64,000 bases of DNA from Planctomycetota bacterium. GTDB taxonomy: Bacteria > Planctomycetota > UBA8108 > SXIK01. The notes below the pieces were generated by a model, which was not told the origin of the DNA, did no database searches, and was given only the letters and a program-made list of their open reading frames with translations. The stretch is from contig CBDCXR010000004.1 in NCBI GenBank assembly GCA_965223845.1, positions 512,001 through 576,000 on the forward strand, read 5' to 3'. The translations under genes and the position numbers were made by a program. Below are positions 9,759-18,790 of this stretch, one piece after another; within the stretch, counting starts at the first letter, position 1, and every line of letters starts with the position of its first letter.

Positions 9759-10244
9759 CTAGGGCTCCGGCGGCGTGATTCCGAGCTTCGCCTCGATGGC
9801 CTCGAGGCGCCGCTCGTTCATTCGCCGCTCTTCGTCGAGTTGTTCCTCGAGCTGCATCTGCCTCTCGCTGAGAGCGGCCTGGTTCTCGCGCAGGGATTGT
9901 AGCGCAGTCGACAGTTGCTCGATCGTTTCGGACTGCGACTCGCTCGACGCCTTGAGGGCGTCGATTCTCTCTTGGTGCTCGCTGGCGAGACGCGACGTCT
10001 CGGCGAGCTCGTTCCGCGTCTCGGTGAGCTCGACGTTCAGCTTCTCGATCCGCTGCCGGTTTTCGGTGGCGGTCGCCGTGTTGGTCTCGATCCGCGTCGC
10101 GTGTTGTTCGATTTCGGCTGCGTTCTCGCCGACCCGGACCGTGTTGTCCTCGACGCGGCGCGCGAGACGCGACTCGCGGTAGTAGTGGTAGCCGACGGCG
10201 CTCGAGACGACGACGAGCAGAATCGCGACGAACTTCTGAACCAT
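9759..10244 (-). CDS. Membrane-anchored coiled-coil protein
   Basis: N-terminal TM segment followed by heptad-rich E/Q/R sequence. Confidence 0.75.
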   Translation of the reverse strand: MVQKFVAILLVVVSSAVGYHYYRESRLARRVEDNTVRVGENAAEIEQHATRIETNTATATENRQRIEKLNVELTETRNELAETSRLASEHQERIDALKASSESQSETIEQLSTALQSLRENQAALSERQMQLEEQLDEERRMNERRLEAIEAKLGITPPEP

Positions 10245-10562
10245 CTTCACTTCGGTCCTCCGCGTGGTTCCCGGTTCCGTCACCGGCTTCGCCCCTCCGC
10301 CTCGCCGTGGCGAGGGGGCACGGCGAGCACCGCCCCTCTCGGCAACTCGACGGATTCTACCCCGACATCGGTTTTGGTTCCGAAACCATCGGCCTCGACG
10401 CGACGATTTGTTCGCGGGCGCTGCGCTCGATTTTGCTTGCGGCGTACCGGTCGTCTTCGTGAGATGGGAGGGCCTCCATCCAGGCGGAAACAACCGCCGC
10501 GTTCGCGTCGGGCGTTCGCCCGGGGGACTTCCGGTATCACTGCGTTTAGAAGGGAAGAGACC

Positions 10563-11228
10563 ATGGTGGTTTGGTCCTGTCGTCGACGTTCGGCGAAATT
10601 CGCGAGTCGCTCCCTCGTGGGGGCGCTTTTCCTCAGCTTGCTCGCGGCCTGCTCGACGAGTTCCGATCGTGACGATTCGGCTCCGGGAGATGGTGGAACC
10701 GAGTACGGCAATGGCGGGACGACGACCGCCCTCGCGACCGCGGAAGAGGGTCTCGATTCTCCTCGTCCCGTCGTAGCGCTCTCCGACGGCGAACTGACGG
10801 CCGCGATCGGCGAGGGCACGCGCCGATCCGCGCGGGGTCTTCCCGTCGAGCTGCGCGGCTATCCGTCCTGGCCTCGGCTCACCGCGGATGACACGCGCGC
10901 GGAGTTCGTGGGCGGACTGGGGGGAGCGCGCATCTACGCGCAAACGGCACCCGAGACGATCTGGGATCCGGGCGACGCGCTCGAGAAGCATCTCGAGGAC
11001 GGATTCACCGTTGCGATCGAACGCGCTTCGGATCGAGGCGATTTCGTCGCGCGCGTCGATACGCTGCGCCGAACCGGAGAGGGGTGGGAAGTCCGCGCGT
11101 TCGGCCGAGCGGGCGACGACGGGGAGTTCGAGGAGTTGCCCGAGGCGAGCGCCGGCGCCGCGTCATTCACCGCGCGGCTCGGAGAAGAGCTCGCGACTCA
11201 CGCGACAGCGTGGAAGCTCGTCGATTGA
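10563..11228 (+). CDS. Putative lipoprotein
   Basis: Lipobox LAAC after a basic/hydrophobic signal peptide. Confidence 0.7.
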   Translation: MVVWSCRRRSAKFASRSLVGALFLSLLAACSTSSDRDDSAPGDGGTEYGNGGTTTALATAEEGLDSPRPVVALSDGELTAAIGEGTRRSARGLPVELRGYPSWPRLTADDTRAEFVGGLGGARIYAQTAPETIWDPGDALEKHLEDGFTVAIERASDRGDFVARVDTLRRTGEGWEVRAFGRAGDDGEFEELPEASAGAASFTARLGEELATHATAWKLVD

Positions 11229-11429
11229 GCACGGCCTGAGTTCGTCCGGACGAAGAGGGAAGAACGGACGCTGGTTTCCGGGCGCTCCCGGGCTGCCGAT
11301 TCTTCTCCTTCCGAGCGCCGCGCTCGCGAGCTTCGCGCGCTCGGTGTTTGTTCGCCCGATCCTTAGGCGTCCTTCGTCACTTTCGCGATTCCCGCGGGGC
11401 TCGATTGCGCTTGGCGGTGCGGGCTAGCG

Positions 11430-11888
11430 GTGTTAGATTCCCACCTGACACGGGAACCGGTCGATGAGGAATCGATCGGACGAAGCTCGAGTCGGGATCC
11501 CCGAGGCGGATCCCCCAGCGCGGAGGCCGCGACGATGTCGGAAGGTGGCACCCCCGGAAGTTGGGCGATTGAGTTTCCTCTCGGTCGCGGCGACGCCGTC
11601 GCTCGGCTCGGCGATGTGCTCCGGCGGCGAACCGGTGCCGCGGCGGATCAACTGCGCGCGTTTCTCACTCGCATCGAGGAGTGCGCGAGTCCGGCGCAGT
11701 TGCGTGCGGTGCTTCGGAGCGTCGTCGCGCGCCTGAAGCACGAGCGCGCGGAGGCGCCCGATACGATCGATCCTGCCGCGCTCGAGTTCGAGGCGATCTG
11801 CCGGCAGATCCTCGAATCGGGCGAGCGGACATCGATCGAGAATTACGGCGAGTACCTCTTCGCGATCGACGTCGAGATCCGCATCTGA
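11430..11888 (+). CDS. Hypothetical protein
   Basis: Helical, protein-like C-terminal half; start uncertain. Confidence 0.55.
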   Translation: MLDSHLTREPVDEESIGRSSSRDPRGGSPSAEAATMSEGGTPGSWAIEFPLGRGDAVARLGDVLRRRTGAAADQLRAFLTRIEECASPAQLRAVLRSVVARLKHERAEAPDTIDPAALEFEAICRQILESGERTSIENYGEYLFAIDVEIRI

Positions 11889-11969
11889 GATCGATCCGGG
11901 TCCGCCACTCGCAGCCGTCCTCGCTCCCGGCGGAAGGTCCAGCGTGACCGCGAATGTCGACTCCGTGTC

Positions 11970-12761
11970 TTAGCGGGTCGACTTCGGTTCTCCGGGCAGC
12001 CCGAAGAGCGTCTCGGTCGTTTCGCGGGCGATCTCAGCGAGCTCGTCCGTTTCGATCGCCTTTTCTCGGGCGATGAACTCGCAGGTGTGCACGACGAACG
12101 CCGGCTCGTTCCGCTTCCCGCGTCGAGCCTGCGGCGCGAGAAACGGTGCGTCCGTCTCGAGAAGGAGCCGTTCGACCGGGACGACGGCGAGCGCCGCGCG
12201 CAGGTCTTCTGCCTTCGGGTACGTGACGTTCCCCGCGAACGAGATGTGGAAACCGAGTGCGAGCGCGCGCTCGGCCTGCGGTGCCCCGCCGCCGAAGCAG
12301 TGAAAGACTCCGCGCGGTACGGTCCTCCTTCGCTCGAGGAGCTCGAGGAGCTCGTCGAGCGCATCGCGGCAGTGAACGACGATCGGGAGACCGCGATCGA
12401 GTGCCATATCGAGCTGTGCCTCGAGCTTCGGATACTGGTCGGCGAGCGGCACCTCCTTCCAATGATCGTCGAGGCCGATCTCGCCGATGGCGACGACGCC
12501 GCGTTCGTGCGTGAGCTCGATGATGCGGCGGAGCTCGGTGTCGAGATCGTCGACCGCAGTCGTCGGGTGAATGCCGACGGCGGCGTGGAAGCCGCCGTGC
12601 TCGCGGGCGAGATCGATCGCCTGCCGACTCGTCGCGACGTCGATCCCGATGTTGATGACACCAACGACGCCGGCAGCGCGGGCGCGGGCGATCGTCTCGC
12701 TTCGATCGGAATCGAAGCTGTCGAAGTAGAGGTGGGCGTGGGAGTCGATGATCTGGGGCAC
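11970..12761 (-). CDS. tatD: TatD-family hydrolase/DNase
   Basis: IDSHAHL, GIHP, IGEIGLD, HCR, HCF and LLETDAPFL motifs. Confidence 0.95.
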   Translation of the reverse strand: MPQIIDSHAHLYFDSFDSDRSETIARARAAGVVGVINIGIDVATSRQAIDLAREHGGFHAAVGIHPTTAVDDLDTELRRIIELTHERGVVAIGEIGLDDHWKEVPLADQYPKLEAQLDMALDRGLPIVVHCRDALDELLELLERRRTVPRGVFHCFGGGAPQAERALALGFHISFAGNVTYPKAEDLRAALAVVPVERLLLETDAPFLAPQARRGKRNEPAFVVHTCEFIAREKAIETDELAEIARETTETLFGLPGEPKSTR

Positions 12762-13578
12762 GGCTTCGGTGGCTGCGACGTGAAGGGGTGAAGTCTATCT
12801 GCGAGCGCACGGGGGAGGCCGAGAGCGGACCGCGAGGAGACATCGCCCCGCGTTCCAGCCGAGGCGCGTCCTCCTCCGCTCGCCTTCGGTGTCGCCGACC
12901 GCCGGCCAACCGAAGTTCCGACCTCTCGCTAACCATATATCAGCTATTTGGTTGTGGCGAGTCCCCGCGGGGCCGAGGAGCGCGGAGCCAGGAATCGGAG
13001 GCGGTCCTTTTTCACTATGGGAGCTTGGACGGACGTGTATGATGGTAGGGGTCTATGCGCTCCGACTAGGGTCTCCCTTCCCGTTCGCGAGCCCAGAACG
13101 CTTGAGAGTCGAGGAACTCGCGCCCTCGTCCGCGGTTGGTCGAAGGACACCGTCGGGCGTCGCGAGAGTGTTCGTCCCCGCATTTCCGGCGGCGAATGAT
13201 TTCGGCGCTCGAATCGATGGGCGACCGATCGGGTCCTTCGCCGAGCGAACGGCGTCGGGTATTGGGTTCGAGCGCGCGGTCCGGGTGATGAGGCGGGATC
13301 GCTCCCGTCGTTGTTCGGGGAGCTCGCGTCGGTTGGCGAGGTCCCGACGATCTCTCGCCGGCGGCGATCGCGCGCAGGCGCGGACGGTTTCGATTCAGTT
13401 CTCAAGTGTGATTGACGATTTCGACGGCCGCACCGCGCGAGCGTTCGTGCTCCGTGCGGCGATTGGGGGGTGCACGCTGTGGGTCCGTTCGAATACTGAA
13501 GTGTCCTTGTGGCGCGCCCGCTCGCGCTCACCGACCCTTTAGCGCGGATCGAACGGGATCGCGAACGAGGAGTTCACG

Positions 13579-15540
13579 GTGAGATCACTACAGATTGCGT
13601 TCGGTACGCTCGTCGCGTTGGTCGCCACCGCCGCGTCCCCGCAGCTATCGGCTCAGCTCGTCTTCAATGAAGTGCTCTTCGATCCGAGCGGAATCGACAA
13701 CGGCCGCCAGCTCGTCGAGTTGCGAAACACGGGTGACGAGCCGATCGACCTGGGGGAAAACGGTTACTGGCTCTACTGGGCCCCGGCGCGGTGGCAGTTT
13801 CCGCCCGGCGTCGTCGTCGCGCCCGGCGACATCATCGTCGTCCACATCAATCGTCCCGGCGAGGACACCGAGCGGGAGTTCCACACCGGTGTCTCCGGAA
13901 CACGCAATCTCTCCGCCGTCGACTCGATCGGACTGTTCCGCACGAACCTCTTCGGCGACCCGAGCCAGATCGTCGACTTCGTTCAATGGGGGGCCGGCGG
14001 GAACAGCGGCGAAGAGGTCGCGACGACCGCTGGAATCTGGACCGAGCTCGCGTTCGTCGATGTTTCGTCGCTCCGCGACGGGGGCAGCCTCGTCTACGAC
14101 GGATCGGGCGATGCGCCGAGCGATTGGTGCGTCGATGGTTCACCTTCGCTCGGTGCGGAGAACGACGAGTGCACTCCGTCGTTCGCCTCGAGCCAGGTGC
14201 GCCTGAGCGAGGTCGGCTGGACGCGTCCGAACGACGCGCCGTCGCACTACGCGGTTGAGCTGTTCCACGAGGGCGATCTCCTCGAAGACCTCTCGGGACG
14301 CTGGCTGGCTCTCGACGGTGAAGTCGCGTACGCCTTTCCGCCCGGGACGGTCGTCGCGCCGGAGGAGAGGGTGATCGTCCGATTCGGTCTCGATGGCATC
14401 GACAGCTTTGACCTCGACGCCGGTCTCTTCGACCTCTACGCCGGCGCCGAGCTCGACTGGACTCCCGAGAGTACCGGGTCCGCGTCCCTTCACGCGGGAG
14501 AGGAGGCGTCCGAGCCGACGCAGCTCCTCGACTTCGTCCAGTGGGGCGGACGCACCGCCCTCGAGGACGCCGCCGTCGCGGCCGGCCACTGGGGCGACGG
14601 CGAATTCGTCGACGCCTCCTCTTGGCGCCCGGACGGCGCGTTCGCCGTCGTTGCGGGAGGGGTCGGCGCCTCTCGGTGGCGTGTCGACAACACGGGATCC
14701 ATCGGACAGCCGAACGATGCTCACCCGCACGTCGCCATCGTGATCAACGAGGTCCTCCTCCGTTCGAGCACGGGCGCGGGACACGCGATCGAGCTGCTCA
14801 ACGTCCACCACGAGACGGTCGACGTCGGCGGATATACGCTCTGCGTCGATTCTCCGCGCGCGTTCGGACGACGCTGCTTCACCATCCCGGGAACGGTCTC
14901 CGTACCATCCGGAGAGCTCGTCGTCGTCGAGTGGAATCGAAACGGCGACGACGAAGAGCGTCGATTCTTCGCCGGTACGGGCGCCGACTACGAGAGCGGG
15001 GCGGGTTCGTTCGGGCTCTTCGTCGCTGCCGACGAGGGCGACGACAACAACGCGATCGATTTCGTCGCCTGGGGCGTCGAGTTCGAGACCTCGCGCGAAG
15101 CGCAGGCGGTTCGCACCGGGCTCTGGACTTCTGGCGACAGGGTGGATGTGAGCGTGCTGCCGGAGAGCGCGAGCCTCGCCTACGACGGAATCGGCGACCT
15201 CTCCTCGAGCTTCCGGATCGACGACTCGCCGAGCATCGGCGAGCTCAATCGGGAGCCGCCGCCCCGGAATCCATTCCGCCGCGGAGACTGCAACACCGAC
15301 GGCAGCACGGACATCTCCGACGCCATCCGGCTGTTCGGACTCCTCTTTTCCGACGGGCTCGATCCCGTGTGCCAGGCCGCGTGCGACTCGAACCGAGACC
15401 ATGGAGTGGACATCTCCGACGCGGTCTACATCCTCAACTGGCTCTTCCGCGGCGACGACGGACCGCCCCCGCCGAACGAGCAGTGCGGCTCCGATCGCGA
15501 CGCGGCCGCGCTGACGTGCGCCGAATACCTCGCCTGCTGA
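13579..15540 (+). CDS. Secreted protein with three lamin-tail-domain-like repeats and a C-terminal dockerin-like domain
   Basis: Signal peptide. LVFNEV/VRLSEV/IVINEV units, each with DFVQWG or DFVAWG. C-terminal FRRGDCNTDG...DISDAVYILNWLF. Confidence 0.85.
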   Translation: MRSLQIAFGTLVALVATAASPQLSAQLVFNEVLFDPSGIDNGRQLVELRNTGDEPIDLGENGYWLYWAPARWQFPPGVVVAPGDIIVVHINRPGEDTEREFHTGVSGTRNLSAVDSIGLFRTNLFGDPSQIVDFVQWGAGGNSGEEVATTAGIWTELAFVDVSSLRDGGSLVYDGSGDAPSDWCVDGSPSLGAENDECTPSFASSQVRLSEVGWTRPNDAPSHYAVELFHEGDLLEDLSGRWLALDGEVAYAFPPGTVVAPEERVIVRFGLDGIDSFDLDAGLFDLYAGAELDWTPESTGSASLHAGEEASEPTQLLDFVQWGGRTALEDAAVAAGHWGDGEFVDASSWRPDGAFAVVAGGVGASRWRVDNTGSIGQPNDAHPHVAIVINEVLLRSSTGAGHAIELLNVHHETVDVGGYTLCVDSPRAFGRRCFTIPGTVSVPSGELVVVEWNRNGDDEERRFFAGTGADYESGAGSFGLFVAADEGDDNNAIDFVAWGVEFETSREAQAVRTGLWTSGDRVDVSVLPESASLAYDGIGDLSSSFRIDDSPSIGELNREPPPRNPFRRGDCNTDGSTDISDAIRLFGLLFSDGLDPVCQAACDSNRDHGVDISDAVYILNWLFRGDDGPPPPNEQCGSDRDAAALTCAEYLAC

Positions 15541-15709
15541 TCGCGGACGGCGGTCGCTAGCTGGCGCACGAGCGTCTCACGTTCTGCTCGAGAGCGATGC
15601 CCGAGATCTGGCATCGCGGACTGGCGTGCCTTATACCTCTGGTGCCGCTGCATCGGTCGTCGGGTTCGACCGGGATGCGGCGCGATGGGTGTCGAGACGC
15701 ATCGGTAGC

Positions 15710-17284
15710 ATGGAACGCAACGAGATTCTCTTTCGCGAGCTTCTCCGGCTCGGACGCGCGCGGCGCACGTATTTTCTCCGTGGAGTCGCCCCGCTCGCCA
15801 TCGGAGTCCTCCTCCTCGCACTCTTCGTCTCAGAGAACGTTCAGACGGGGATCTACGCGTTTCGCTGGCTGATGGTCGCTTTCAACGTGTTCGCGTTCGT
15901 GGCGATGCCGCTCCTCATCTCGGGCGTCCTCCACGAAGAGTGGCAGTCGAACACGCTCTCCGTGCTCTTTCTCGCCGAGACCACGCTCAGCTCGATTCTC
16001 CGGGGGATCCTCGGGTCGCGCGTCATCATCGTTCTCGCGAGCCTAGTCGCGTGCTTTCCTCTCCTCATTTCGGTGATGAACTTCGGTGGGGTGACGAGTA
16101 CGCAGATGGTTCAATTCTCGACCCTCATCGTCTCGCTCACCGTCTTCTACGGCGCGTTCGCGATGTGGGCGAACTGCGTCTGCCGCACGCGGGAGATGGC
16201 GCTCCTCTTTACGTTCGGCATCCTCGGTGTCCCTCAGCTCGTCTGCGCGTACTGGTTCCAGATCGGGGCGAAAGAGTGGGGGAGCCTGCCCGAGGCGCTT
16301 GGAATCGCGCCATCGGTCGTCATGCTCCAGCTCACCGAAGGAACCATTCCGTGGGGTTGGTCGGGGCGCCACGGTCAGTGGGCCGGCGCGGCGTCGCTCG
16401 GAGAGGGCTTTCAGTTCGGGTGGCTGTCGCTTCAATTCATTTCACTCGCGCTTGCGAGCGTGTTCTTCCTCCTCGCCCGTCGATCGCTCGGCCGGCGGAT
16501 CGTCACCAGCGAGGGGGCGAAGGCGAGCGGACCGGCCGACGCGCCGCCGGTCCGCGTCGAAGAGAAACGAGGCCGCGAGCACACCACGATCGTCGGCAAT
16601 CCGATTAGCTGGCTCGTCCTGAAGCGCTTCGATCCCCTCTTCGGGGTACCGAAGCTCGTCGCGGTGGTGATCGCCTTCGCGCTGACGATCGGGCTCGAGG
16701 TGCTCGACGAGACCGTTTCGGTGGCGGTCGCGCGCGACGCCGTGCTCTTTCTCGGGCTCGCCCTCATGGCGTGGACGTTTCTCTGGGCGTGTCTCGTCTC
16801 AGCTCAGATGTGGATGGAGGAGCGAACCGAGCGGACGATGGAGCTTCTCCTCGCGACGCCGTACACACTCGACGAAGTGATTCTCTGGAAAGTGGACGCT
16901 CTCTTTTGGGCGCTCATCGCGCCGGCGACGATGTACAGCGCGCTCTGTTCGACGGCGATCTGGTCCTTTCAGCACGGAACGAGCCTCGCGCTCAAGCTCT
17001 TTCTCATCGCTCCGTTCACGCTCTGCTGTTTTCTCTACTCGTACGTGGGGCTCTTTGTCGTCGTCTACGTGACGATCTTCTTCGCGATGCGTGCAGCGAG
17101 CGCGGTTCAGGCTGTCCTCTCGACCTTCGGGCTGATCGGCGCGACGATCTTCGTCAATCTTCTCGGGTTCGGACTTGGGACCGAATCCGGACTCTTCTTG
17201 ATCGCCGTCCTCTACGATTTCGTTCTCCTCGCGGCGTTCGTTCCTGCGTTTCGCAAGCGCCTCCGGACGTTCGAGCTCCGCTGA
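15710..17284 (+). CDS. ABC-2-type transporter permease-like membrane protein with a duplicated module
   Basis: Two ExxxxTLxxL motifs (EEWQSNTLSVL, EERTERTMELLLATP); many TM helices. Confidence 0.8.
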   Translation: MERNEILFRELLRLGRARRTYFLRGVAPLAIGVLLLALFVSENVQTGIYAFRWLMVAFNVFAFVAMPLLISGVLHEEWQSNTLSVLFLAETTLSSILRGILGSRVIIVLASLVACFPLLISVMNFGGVTSTQMVQFSTLIVSLTVFYGAFAMWANCVCRTREMALLFTFGILGVPQLVCAYWFQIGAKEWGSLPEALGIAPSVVMLQLTEGTIPWGWSGRHGQWAGAASLGEGFQFGWLSLQFISLALASVFFLLARRSLGRRIVTSEGAKASGPADAPPVRVEEKRGREHTTIVGNPISWLVLKRFDPLFGVPKLVAVVIAFALTIGLEVLDETVSVAVARDAVLFLGLALMAWTFLWACLVSAQMWMEERTERTMELLLATPYTLDEVILWKVDALFWALIAPATMYSALCSTAIWSFQHGTSLALKLFLIAPFTLCCFLYSYVGLFVVVYVTIFFAMRAASAVQAVLSTFGLIGATIFVNLLGFGLGTESGLFLIAVLYDFVLLAAFVPAFRKRLRTFELR

Positions 17285-17548
17285 GCGGCTCGAACGAGGT
17301 TCACCGGGACGGCGCCTTCGGCCGATACCCGAATAGATCGCGTCCTTCGCGTCGGGGAGTGCCGCTGCGCATTCTTCGGCTCCGCTCCGTCGACCGGTTC
17401 GACCTCGTTCGCGGGGCGATAACTCGCGTTGCGGGCGATGCCCCTCGAGTAGAATCTCGAGAGGACTCGGCAGATTCGTGCGCTCCGGGCACTCGGCTCG
17501 CGAGCGGATCGATCGGGATGCATCTTTGAGACTGAGGTTTCGCTCACG

Positions 17549-17905
17549 ATGGGAAGAATTCTGATCTCGCTCCTCGCGGTCGTGTTGGTGCTGAACGCCA
17601 TGACCTTCCTCCTCGTCGCTTTTCAAGAGGGACCGGAGGAGTCCGCGGCTGAAGTCGACTCGGGACCCGACCCGGCGATTCAAGGCCTCGTTCGACAGGT
17701 AGGCGAGATCAAGAAGAAGGTCGACGACCTGTCTCGCCAGCGGACATCGTCCGCTCAGCTCACGCGCAAGCTGGATGCACTCACCAAGAAGCTCGACACG
17801 ATCCAGCGGCAGCTCGACGAAGCGTTCGCCGCCGAACCGGAGCCGGAACCGGAACTGGAGCCCGAGCCCGTCGAGGACGATGGCGGTGCGGGCGAGGATG
17901 CGTAG
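17549..17905 (+). CDS. Small membrane-anchored coiled-coil protein
   Basis: N-terminal TM, coiled coil and EP-rich acidic tail; GAGG RBS. Confidence 0.75.
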   Translation: MGRILISLLAVVLVLNAMTFLLVAFQEGPEESAAEVDSGPDPAIQGLVRQVGEIKKKVDDLSRQRTSSAQLTRKLDALTKKLDTIQRQLDEAFAAEPEPEPELEPEPVEDDGGAGEDA

Positions 17906-17923
17906 ACGGTCAGCGAACGAGCG

Positions 17924-18715
17924 ATGATTCCAGCGCCCGAACCCGACTCCGCTCCCGCCGTGATCGCCGGCGGTACTTCGTCCGCGACCTTGGACGTCGC
18001 GGGCGAGGAGACGCTCGAGCTCTTCCGTGAGAACCCGGCCTACAACGAGTTTCTCGTCGAGCGACTGATTCGGCTCAGCGGAAGTCCTCTCTCCGGGCGC
18101 GTGCTCGAGATCGGCTGCGGCATCGGGAACATTACCTCGGTCTTACTCGCGAAAGAAGGCGTCGAGTATCTCCACGGGGTCGATCTCGATCCGGCCTACA
18201 TCGAGCGGGTGCGGCGGGAGATCGCCGATTCCCGCCTCGAGACGACGGCTGCGCGCGCGGAGGAGTTCTGTCCCGAGAGGTTCACGGCGGCGGACGGCCA
18301 GTTCGACACGATCTTCTGCAGCAACGTCCTCGAGCACATCGAGGACGACGAAGGTACGCTGCGAAACTTCGCCGCGATGCTTCGTCCGGGCGGACGAGCG
18401 CTCGTCCTCGTCCCGGCGCATCCGTCACTCTTCTGCGGACTCGACGAGAATCTCTCCCATTTTCGCCGCTACCGGCGGCGAGACTTCGACGCGCTCGCCG
18501 CCCGAACCGAGCTCCGCGTCGTCGCGTCGCGCTACTTCAACCCGCTCGGGGCGCTCGGTTGGTGGCTGAACGGGAAGGTGCTCAAGCGGCGCGTGCTCCC
18601 CGCCGGACAACTCTCGGCATACACGCGCTTCGCGATTCCGATTTCGCGCCTCGTCGACTGGCTAAATCCCTTCCCGCTCGGCGTCTCCGTGCTCGCCGTG
18701 CTGACGCCGCGGTGA
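17924..18715 (+). CDS. Class I SAM-dependent methyltransferase
   Basis: VLEIGCGIG, NVLEHIEDD, LRPGG and HFRRY motifs. Confidence 0.9.
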   Translation: MIPAPEPDSAPAVIAGGTSSATLDVAGEETLELFRENPAYNEFLVERLIRLSGSPLSGRVLEIGCGIGNITSVLLAKEGVEYLHGVDLDPAYIERVRREIADSRLETTAARAEEFCPERFTAADGQFDTIFCSNVLEHIEDDEGTLRNFAAMLRPGGRALVLVPAHPSLFCGLDENLSHFRRYRRRDFDALAARTELRVVASRYFNPLGALGWWLNGKVLKRRVLPAGQLSAYTRFAIPISRLVDWLNPFPLGVSVLAVLTPR

Positions 18716-18790
18716 GGAAGGGGAGCGAACCGCGCGGATCGGCCGGCGATCGGCCGATCCGCACGGTTCGCCGCGACCCCAAGTCTGTCG

